A stretch of 61,713 bases of DNA, the filler included, from Globobulimina sp. (taxonomy: Eukaryota): NCBI GenBank assembly GCA_003354225.1. It is 13 parts of 13 records of this genome, joined end to end, with 100 filler letters (N's around TTAATTAATTAA, not from the genome) between each part and the next. Parts side by side here need not be neighbours in the genome. Positions count along the whole stretch, not along the records: positions 9,525 to 14,184 come from PIVH01001023.1; positions 14,285 to 18,943 come from PIVH01001024.1; positions 19,044 to 23,700 come from PIVH01001025.1; 10 more parts are not named here. One strand, given 5' to 3'. The position numbers and the translations under genes are program-made. Position 1 is the first letter of the stretch. Each line of letters begins with the position of its first letter. Positions 12,601-21,754 of this stretch are shown here, in pieces. The notes beneath the pieces are model-generated. The model did not search any database and was not told where the DNA came from. It was given only the letters and a program-made list of their open reading frames with translations.

Positions 12601-14111
12601 TGTGGGCGCGGGCGTGGGTGCAGGGGTTGGATTTGTTGTCGGTGCGGGGGTCGGATTTTGTGTGGGTGCCGGGGTTGGTGCAGGTGTCGGAGATGGATAT
12701 TTATTGCAAACAAAGGTAAAGGTGTTAGTACAACTAAAGTCGTCTAATAAAGCTGTGGAGGATGCATAGGCAATGACGCAATCTTCAGTGTAAACTGTAT
12801 TGTCCCAATAAGCACTGCCTTCGCAATAAGTACCTCCCTCCGTACAATCGTCGTGATCCATCCATTGATAAGTACCATACCTTCTCATTCCAATCCATAC
12901 TCGAGAAACCATGGAATATTTTGTTGCTTTTTGAAATCGAAATCTTTCGGTTTTGCCAATTGTTCTTACTGTGGCTAAATGTGTGCCTAGTCTCGAAAGA
13001 CAAGCTGCCTCCGCCTCATCCCACGTTTTCAGTTCATTGTAAAACACATATTCTATCGAACCTAATTAATGTTATTATAGAATTATAAAGTTTAATAAAA
13101 ACAGGCTTCATTTCATGCACATACTTGAAGCAATTTTACAGTTTGAACCGGTACAATCCGCTGTCATATACGTATTGACACCGCAACCAGGCACATATGG
13201 ATAATTGCATTCTCTCACACTGCCAACTAACTGATATCCTAAAATATAAAATATAAAAATAATGTAAGAATATAAATATAATTATATAACAATATATATA
13301 CTAATATACCTTTACTGCAAAGGAATGGAAAATGGCTTAGTGAACAATAATAATCATTCATTAATGGATTAGCGGACACATGAAATACACCACAATATGA
13401 ATTTTCGCCTGTATTCACCCATCGAGTTGCAGTGGGTTCGCAATAATGTCCTCCCTCGGTACACGTTGATCGATCCACCCAGCTCCAATCTGTCTGATAA
13501 TACCTATTCAATCCATGCCAAATTAGGCCAGAATTAAGAGGATTAATAGCTTGTTGATATCGAACTAATTCTGTAATCGATACATCCACTTTAATTGTTG
13601 CCAATTGTGTGCCATAATTATTTTGACAGTACGCATTTGCATCCAACCATGTCATGGTAGTGCTGATATAAATATACTGTCTGGTCGCTATGTAAATATA
13701 TAAAAAATAATTAATAAAAAACATGATGAAACGTTAACGCATTCATTTGTTACATACAGTCAACAGCCTGACAATCGACACCACAGTCAGCTGAGAGATA
13801 AGGATTAACGCCGCACGGCGGTATCCATCCCGAGTCACAATCTCGATATCCAAGTCCAGCATCTGTATGGCACAGACCATCTGTCCCCGGGCATTCGTGA
13901 TAATTTTGTCCTGCGTTGTACGGTATTATTGGTTTTATTTTACTGTTACAAATTAAATAGTAGTTACACACCAAATGTGTCGAATGGAAACGATATTAAT
14001 ATTACAATCAACAAATGATATTGTTTGGTATATACTGTATGTTGTTTTTGTGTGTTTGCGGGTTAAAACTGTATGTTGTTTTTATAACCGTAATAACGTA
14101 CATAAAAACAT
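9640..14111 (-). CDS. Multi-exon adhesion receptor: signal peptide, 2x(Cys module + C-type lectin), mucin stalk, XK-like multi-TM core, cytoplasmic tail
   Basis: GT..AG introns 14035-14101, 13911-13971, 13688-13757, 13239-13309 and 13062-13124 give one open frame. CTLD motifs TW..A..C..LATI/V, VWIG/IWHGL and FVC/FLC; PSLA/PTPA repeats; TM motif QNIPQIFIQ. Confidence 0.8.
11495..12700 (-). repeat. Coding tetrapeptide repeat array (PSLA/PTPA/PTxN) with higher-order duplication
   Basis: About 1.2 kb of degenerate 12-nt units; larger near-identical blocks (e.g. around 11700-11905 and 11917-12140). Confidence 0.9.
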
Positions 14112-14284
14112 ACTATTTGTAGCCATTGTTCTAAAAGAAAAGTTTTTAGTATTTATCTTGCACAAAAAAACAACAACAAGACAANNNNNNNNNNNNNNNN
14201 NNNNNNNNNNNNNNNNNNNNNNNNNNNNTTAATTAATTAANNNNNNNNNNNNNNNNNNNNNNNNNNNNNNNNNNNNNNNNNNNN

Positions 14285-14378
14285 CAGAATCATATATAAT
14301 ATGACTATAATATGACTATAAAGTATGGAGGAACTTTTCCACCAAATTATAGTCATATATTCAACTATGTACAAGTCG
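14285..14378 (+). repeat. Terminal direct repeat of contig 4, copy 1
   Basis: 94 bp identical to 18850-18943. Confidence 0.97.
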
Positions 14379-14902
14379 GTATGATTTTTTTTGGAGGTAT
14401 GATTTTCCGTTTCAAAGTGATGTGGTGGCCTTTTGACACATTTTTCTTTCGCCATATTGCACAGAGTTTGACGAAATCCGATGAGAATAAAGCGAGAATA
14501 TTGTACTGTATATCGCTAATCACACAGAAGACACATAAATTAAATGAATTTGAATTGTTGACAGGGAATTGGTTTAATAAAAATGAAAGAATGTGTGATT
14601 ATACCGCTGGTGATACCGGACGTTTGTTGTATGACCGGTTATATAATTCTGATTTGCTCTCTTCTTGGAATGAAAGAGCTAACCTATTTGATGAGACTAA
14701 AGGTATTATTATTACCGTTGCGCGCTTCCATATGAAAAAAACCTTGAAGAGTTAAATGGCCACTAGAAAAAAAAGGCCATTGACATTGAATCACTTCTAT
14801 GCTAAAGAGTGTAGTCATATGGTTCTTGATGCTAAGCGACGTAAGTCACGTTCTTTCAAAGGCGCTAAGAAAAAGAAAGAAGATATGTGGAACAACCCAT
14901 GA
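14312..14902 (+). pseudogene. 3' part of a disrupted ORF that spans the contig-4 end-to-start junction
   Basis: Continues ORF 18698 if one copy of the 11-bp duplication ATAATATGACT is removed. An in-frame TAA at 14753-14755 is followed directly by 48 more codons. Confidence 0.55.
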
Positions 14903-15585
14903 GTCGAGCTTGGTTGAAAGTACATAGTACATATAGATGATCATCGAGTGTAGCTCTTATTAAGTTAGTGAGCAGTTAGTGTAGTTAGTAGAAATATTGT
15001 AAAAAATTGAACACACACATTTTAAATTTTTAGTATATTTTTTTTTTGATTAGTAGGTGGTCTAACCCATGAGTCTAGATTGGTTGAAAGTAAACATATG
15101 CTCTGGCATGATGAAAAAATTATATATGAATTGTGGTTCACCAAACGATTTTCCAACGCAACACACCATTATTAATGCATGGTTAGCTTTTGTTAAATTA
15201 CAAGCATGAAAAGTGCTCAAATTCATTAAAAAAATCATCAAAAACAGTAAACTCTCATCAAGATATAGATGAAATATTTTTTGCACATATTGTGATTATT
15301 TTTATTTAAGATTTGTTATTTGTTTGGACAGTGTTTACCACAAAAAAAAGAGAAAGGCTGTATCTTTGACCACCAATCCATAACAATGTTTAATTTCGAT
15401 TCACGTCGATTTTGTTCGTAATATTCTGCTTATTCATGACGTAGTGTGCAGGCCATTAATATTTGGTAGCTGCGTTCAAAGTTTCATAATCCATATTTTT
15501 AGCGACATTCTATTTTTAGGTCTTTACTCTCTGCAGAACCTGGATTAAAAGTATCAACAAAAGCCTTCAAAACAGTGGTTCAATC

Positions 15586-17003
15586 ATGTCCAAACTCTGG
15601 GTTACTGTAATTCAGGTAATGTAATGCTATATTTCAACTATTGTCCATACTAATTTAAACAATACTTTTATTTTTGTTTTGCCAATTTACAGATTTTGAT
15701 CTTATTCTCGTTGGCGTGCACCTATCTGAAGCATTCGCCAAAGCAAAGTGCAACACATTTACAAACGCAAAGTCCAACACTTTCGCCATCAAAATTACCA
15801 ACACACTTGCTAACAGCATTAGATAAACCAAGTTCATCACCAACTGCATCAAAACAAGATGTATTACAAGAGTCTGTAGAAACAATAATTATCGCAATAA
15901 CGAATATTGCTGATGGAGATGCAGTAAATCATATCAATTGTAAATGTGATGAAATAATTTTTTACTGGAGCTTTCCAGAAATCATTGAAAATGGAAGGGA
16001 AGGGATTCATTTTGATAGTTTAGATAATGCAAATTTTGCACAATTCACGACACAGATGGAAATAAAAATTAATTCTACTGGTTGTATTCAAACACAGTAC
16101 ATGGATTGTATTCAAACACAACTTTTAAAATTGTATTCAGGTTTACTTGGAAAAGATATAAGTATTAATGTTTATATCACAGAGAATAGTTTACGCAGAA
16201 GACTGTTTAACAGTTTATGGTATGTTAAAAAATTGATAATGACAGTAGAAGTTATGACACTAGAATATTGTAAAAACACCGGCAATTTAGTCAACAAATC
16301 TCATTATACCACTGTACAGCACCCATCATTCTTCTCACAGTATGACAACTATGCAAATGCCAATTGGAATAATTGGAGAATCACAGTCGGTGGTCGAGAT
16401 TTTGGCAGACTAGTAGGCATTGTTTCTGGGATTGAAGATTTTAGAGCTACCGCATATGACATGTTTTTCGGAAATTTTAGACATGTTTGGACATTTTATG
16501 TTTATAGGAATGACGCATATTTTCCATTATCAGGATTGATTGGAAAAGTAGTTTGTGAGAAGAACCGTGACACACATGGTAAGGGTGTTTGTATTGTTGA
16601 AAACAGCATTACAAGTGTTTATGGGCATACGTGTTTATGGGCATTATATACAGATAAAAACACAATTGATTTTACTTGTTGCTATGACATGTATGATTAC
16701 GAAGCTGTATGTCATCAAAATCATGATCTATTTTTCTTTCATTGGGGTACACACAAAGTTTGGGGATATTACGGGAGTGATTATTGGCGTGATTCTGTTC
16801 CTAAAACAATAGGAGTGAAGAAAGACGCAGCTGGTAAAGGTAAATGTCTTGAAATTACCTGTAATAAGTCGCAAACAATTCAAATGTTATCACTTTCATA
16901 TAAAGAAAAAATTATCAAGTCACCTTATCCATGCAACGGACAACAAACGTGTAGGTTTATGTATGAAGTTGATGTTGTAACATACAGATGTTTGAAAAGT
17001 TGA
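15586..17003 (+). CDS. Secreted Cys-rich protein of unknown function
   Basis: Exon 15586-15615 and phase-0 intron 15616-15692 complete a signal peptide (MSKLWVTVIQILILFSLAC). Short SPT stalk, RRRL site, Cys/aromatic-rich C-terminal domain. Confidence 0.75.
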
Positions 17004-17039
17004 CAGAACATACATTACATTTGAAAAAAAAAAAACACA

Positions 17040-17570
17040 TACATTACTGCCTCTTTCTCTTTCTCTTTCTCTTTCTCTTTCTCTTTCTCTCTCTTTTTGC
17101 TTTTCTGTTCATTAATAATTTGGTTCTCGTCCTCTTGGTCCTTGTCGTCAGTCATTGGCATCAAAGCAGCCAAGTTTGGATCAATTTTTTCGTCTTCTTC
17201 GCGCTTATTATTTTTGGATAAATTCTCTCTTTTCTCTATTTTCTCTTTTTGCAGTTGTTTGTATTTGTTGTTTAATGTCGCTTCGATTCCATCCGAATCC
17301 TCTTCAGAATCTCTCACAATTTTCGACAAAATTCTCCTTTGTTTCTGTGTCTTTTTCGCCGTAATATTCCGCTTAAATCGATTTATCGATGAAGCCTTTG
17401 GTGGTTCGGCCATACAATATCCCCAAATCCTAATGAAATCCCTCTACGCCACGTCGATCGATTTTGTTCGTCATATTTTGCTTTGGGTTGGTATAGATGG
17501 TGGTCCCTTTAATGCTTTGTCCATCCAGCAATGACAGATTATCTCCACCTCATGCAACTCCAGAAAGAAT
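17040..17570 (-). pseudogene. Lys/Glu-rich gene fragment with in-frame stops
   Basis: ORF 17015-17413 extends upstream in frame through TAG and TGA codons and ends at a GTAATG donor-like site with no following exon recognised. Confidence 0.45.
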
Positions 17571-17804
17571 GTTTGTGTTTGTGTTTTTTTGTTATTTTTT
17601 TTTGAAAATTTTCCGAGAATTATAGAAACGTTTTCCGACGATATAAATCAGAGAATTATAGAAACGTTTTCTATCTCCATTTTTATTGATAATGTATCAC
17701 CACTTTTTAAATCAAGCGTTGTTGTGCTTGCTACATCTAAATCTGTCCAATATTCTGTATTATATGAGTGCTGTGCCGCATCACTCCCAAATGCACATGA
17801 TTCA

Positions 17805-18015
17805 AGATGCGGCAAAATGTCGATTAACTGCACGATGCTATCAAAGCCGCGCAATACGCGCAAGATTTTCAGCTCTCGCAATAAGCGCTTGGAGTCGATG
17901 CGGTTGTGGAATATCTTCAATATCTTCTTTATCGCTACTTTCTTGCCGCTCGCCGTATGTCTGCCCTCTGCCACATAGCCATACGCGCCGTGGCCTAAAT
18001 GGCAATATTTTTGTA
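17805..18015 (-). pseudogene. MAP kinase N-lobe fragment (subdomains I-IV only)
   Basis: LGHGAYGYVAEG..KKVAIKKI..KRLLRELKILRVL..IVQLIDILP, then an abrupt switch to unrelated sequence. No HRD, DFG or TxY motif. Locally higher GC. Confidence 0.85.
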
Positions 18016-18377
18016 CCAATAACAGTGACAAAGTTGTATTTTCACCAGATATTAATGACAATGACAATTATCAAACAGAAATCGATTTATTGAAATTTGA
18101 TTACAATACGATCAAACACGCAAGTTATTGCAATTTATTGCAATTTATTGCAATTAAGGATACCTAGGTCCTAGGTCTCGATCAATTGTTATTGCGCAAT
18201 ATAAGAACAACCCCGAATAGAGCCATGAACAAAATGGCTTATTTAAGCTGGTTTTAACCTTTATGAGGTGTGAAATTAATTAGTCATAAAAAGAAGATAA
18301 TAATAAAACAAATTTGCCAATCATAATTACATTAATAGTTAATAATAATATACATATACGTTTTTTAATAACACTGA

Positions 18378-18707
18378 TCAATATAAATCTGGAGCAGTTT
18401 GTATTTCCCATGTTGTTGTTGTTGTTGTTTGTGGGTTATTTGCAATATCAATTCCAGAGACAGTTAAACATTGAATAATTATATAGAAAAAGGAAAAAAT
18501 AGCGATAACGTAAAATGTTAATCTGAGATGATTTATCATTGCATACAAACCAATAATACATAACACTAACTTTCCAAACGATGTCCAATTAATAATATGC
18601 TTCAATTGTGGGGAGGTTGAAGCCCATTGGATTACAAATCCAATAAACACTGCAACACAAACAAACGGAAACAAAACAGCACAAATAAACGACCACAATG
18701 TTTCCAA
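18378..18707 (-). pseudogene. Small 3-TM protein fragment lacking an ATG start
   Basis: Hydrophobic ORF begins at TTG directly after a stop and overlaps the + strand ORF at 18698. Confidence 0.4.
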
Positions 18708-18849
18708 TTATTGATTGTAATGAGAATGGAAATGATATCGATTCTCCTTCAAAATTAGTAATGAATACAATTGAGACATTAAAATTTAATCATTTAAAAT
18801 TGTCGCAAATAAATATTTCCCAATGTACAGGGTTAACTCCTATAAGACG

Positions 18850-18943
18850 CAGAATCATATATAATATGACTATAATATGACTATAAAGTATGGAGGAACT
18901 TTTCCACCAAATTATAGTCATATATTCAACTATGTACAAGTCG
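18850..18943 (+). repeat. Terminal direct repeat of contig 4, copy 2
   Basis: 94 bp identical to 14285-14378. Confidence 0.97.
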
Positions 18944-19043
18944 NNNNNNNNNNNNNNNNNNNNNNNNNNNNNNNNNNNNNNNNNNNNTTAATTAATTAAN
19001 NNNNNNNNNNNNNNNNNNNNNNNNNNNNNNNNNNNNNNNNNNN

Positions 19044-19309
19044 TCTTCAAAACAAGAATTATGATGATCCAAATAATTCCATTTTTGCTGTTTCATTTTG
19101 ATGGCCATAAATGATAGAATATTGTCATTGGTCTCATTAAAATATAGTGTTGGTTTGGCATTGAATTTGCGAATCAAAGTATACCGATCATAAATGCCGT
19201 TTAATATTCCTGAAAATAATGCATCACGTTCGATGTATAAATCATTCCATTCAAAGCTTGGGTAATATGATTTTTTGTGTTGAAATACCATATAAAGGTT
19301 GTCACTCAT
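19044..19309 (-). CDS. Hypothetical protein (3' partial)
   Basis: Open frame running off the contig start; no recognised motif. Confidence 0.35.
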
Positions 19310-19366
19310 TCAATCATTACACCATTATAACTATACAAAACATTATTTGTTCCCACTTCAAGCTTC

Positions 19367-20251
19367 ATGGGAAACTCAACAAATACTGCCAGTGCAAAAC
19401 ACATAGATATCGTGTATTTGATGCCTGCAACACAGAGGGTTGATTATTTAGTGTCTGGTTATATGCGATTAAATTATTCCAAATTATATGTACCACCAGA
19501 AATTATTGCAATATGTAGCAATTATACTGGCATTGATGAGTTGCATGATTATGACTTAATAAAATCAAACACTGAGCTACAACAGGAAGCAGAAGCGGAG
19601 AGAAAACGGCAAGAACACGTTGGCCGATATGGTGGGTGCACTCCAGAGATACAGATTGTGATCTTAGGCAGTGGCGGTGTGGGAAAAACAACCTTAAGCA
19701 TTCGGTTTACGACTGGTGACTTCTTAGAAGAATATGATCCAACCATTGAGGATGCATATAGACCTTTGACAGTGGTGGATGATCAAACATATTTGCTGGA
19801 TATTCTTGACACAGCCGGACAGGAAGAATTCTCATCAATGCAAGATCAATGGATTCGATGTGGCAAAGTGTTTCTTGTGGTATACAGCATAACAGATAGG
19901 AACACTTTTGATGAGATACCTTTGTTGCTCGATAAAATAGCTCGGTGCAAAGATGAGATAGCTTGGTATGGCATAATTGTTGGTAATAAGTGTGATTTGG
20001 AGGATGAGAGACAAGTGTCCAAAAAAGAAGGAATGAGATTTGTGCAGGAGAGAGTTGCAAGATATATTGACGAGTTTGAGAATCTCAAATTTTATGAGAC
20101 CTCTGCAAAGGAGAAAATAAATAATGAGTTGATATTCCATGAAGCGGTTAGATGGGTAATGGATGGACCGTATTTGCGTGAACTATGGCAGCAAAAACGT
20201 AATAAAGAAGACCTTCAAATTGATAGTTGTTGTGCTCGAGCTCTTTTATAA
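19367..20251 (+). CDS. Ras-family small GTPase with N-terminal extension
   Basis: GSGGVGKT, YDPTIED effector loop, DTAGQEE, NKCD, ETSAK. Confidence 0.95.
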   Translation: MGNSTNTASAKHIDIVYLMPATQRVDYLVSGYMRLNYSKLYVPPEIIAICSNYTGIDELHDYDLIKSNTELQQEAEAERKRQEHVGRYGGCTPEIQIVILGSGGVGKTTLSIRFTTGDFLEEYDPTIEDAYRPLTVVDDQTYLLDILDTAGQEEFSSMQDQWIRCGKVFLVVYSITDRNTFDEIPLLLDKIARCKDEIAWYGIIVGNKCDLEDERQVSKKEGMRFVQERVARYIDEFENLKFYETSAKEKINNELIFHEAVRWVMDGPYLRELWQQKRNKEDLQIDSCCARALL

Positions 20252-20341
20252 TGATTTAGAAAGTGAGTTAAACTGTAAATAAAAAGGACGAACACTGAAC
20301 ACAGTCAACACAAACGAAATAATCTTAGTACTCAAGAGACA

Positions 20342-21694
20342 TTAATATATAACCACAGTGTTGTCTTTTAACGTTATCAATATAAAAACAGCCGACAATA
20401 TAAAAGATGTTAAAAGTCCAACAATACCGATAATAATTCTAATTGCATTACAATATGAAAAGTTATTGAACATAGCACACATTATCAATGAGATACTAAT
20501 AAATTGTATTTGCAAAAATATAAAAACCATACAAATTTTGCCATAGGCATAGATTCCAATTTCCAAATTTAAATTGGATTCCAATTTCGGAATCTGATCA
20601 TTAATATCTTCTTTATTTTCAATTTGAAATTCATCGTATTCACATTCACTATAATTCACATTACGTTGTCTAACATTGCTTGTATTTAAATTCAACATTG
20701 GTGAGTTTTTAAAATCATATCCCAACGCCATATTATTATATCTCAATGATTTTGCCACTTTAAATGGTAATGTAAAGGATATGAGATAAAATATTGGTGT
20801 TTTATATATTACTGCAAAGTACCATGTTTTTAGAAATGATATATTTAATATGAGCAATATAATCGTAGCAAATAAACATGGCAATAAATTGGCTTGCGGT
20901 AAATAAAAATAACAAAAACAATGACATGATGTATTAACATCTTGGTCAACACTAACGCCCACAACCCCTACTATATAGCCAACATAGAATGCAGCACAAC
21001 AACCAATCAACCATCTACTCGCTCCCACAATAAGTTCGGATGAATAAACAGGATATCTAATTGCTATTATTATCATATCAATGACACATATCGGAATCCC
21101 AACAATGAATGCAACAATGACTAAAACACAGCGATTAGTATTGGAGTCCAAAATATAGCGGGAAAAAGGATAAATTAAAAAAGAATGTGTGGAGAAATCA
21201 GTTGGGAGAAATATTAATTCATTTAATTGTTGTTTGTAAGATAATCCTGCCAGGTCATGAATAATTGCGTATAAACTATACAATGCTGACGATATCACTA
21301 ACCATATAAATGTTTGATATAACAAGTTATTATTATTGATCTCAAATAATGTTTTGTTGCTTAAATCTGTATAATGGCTTGAATCACAGTGATAATCTTC
21401 ATTGGATGTGTTGTAAAACAAATATTTTGCTAAATCGTTACACATATTCTTTTTTTGCTGCGATAATTTGTTTAGTGGTCCACATGCAAATCCGTGAATA
21501 GGTTTACCAAGCCCTAAATTGGCGTGTATTGAGTAAAAATCTACAAAATAATCGCTATCCATCACTTCCAATTGATCAACATGAGAAAATGAAGAATATA
21601 ACCCACTGATTGCAGATGCTGCTGCTACGCCAAAGAAGATAACCTTCAAATGAGATTGTGTTAGCCAGCGAAACTTTCTTTTTATAGTCTCCAT
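20342..21694 (-). CDS. Multi-pass membrane protein of unknown function
   Basis: About 450-aa ORF with roughly 7 hydrophobic segments and a CHCFC loop. Confidence 0.65.
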   Translation of the reverse strand: METIKRKFRWLTQSHLKVIFFGVAAASAISGLYSSFSHVDQLEVMDSDYFVDFYSIHANLGLGKPIHGFACGPLNKLSQQKKNMCNDLAKYLFYNTSNEDYHCDSSHYTDLSNKTLFEINNNNLLYQTFIWLVISSALYSLYAIIHDLAGLSYKQQLNELIFLPTDFSTHSFLIYPFSRYILDSNTNRCVLVIVAFIVGIPICVIDMIIIAIRYPVYSSELIVGASRWLIGCCAAFYVGYIVGVVGVSVDQDVNTSCHCFCYFYLPQANLLPCLFATIILLILNISFLKTWYFAVIYKTPIFYLISFTLPFKVAKSLRYNNMALGYDFKNSPMLNLNTSNVRQRNVNYSECEYDEFQIENKEDINDQIPKLESNLNLEIGIYAYGKICMVFIFLQIQFISISLIMCAMFNNFSYCNAIRIIIGIVGLLTSFILSAVFILITLKDNTVVIY

Positions 21695-21754
21695 CAACTA
21701 CACTTTTTTTTTATAATTTCAGAAACAAAAACTTTGAAGTGTACAACCGAAAGC

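Noticed and set aside
11615-12769. 384-aa Gly/Ala-rich ORF on the + strand
   Set aside because: Antisense shadow of the PSLA mucin repeat; the minus strand has the lectin and TM domains.
17052-17095. (TTTCTC)n microsatellite as a separate element
   Set aside because: It encodes the EKEKEK tract of the K/E-rich fragment.
14285-18943. Virus, plasmid or LTR element call for the end-repeated contig
   Set aside because: No Rep, capsid, integrase, RT or transposase motif recognised, and the repeat lacks TG..CA ends. Kept only as an unclassified circle or tandem candidate.
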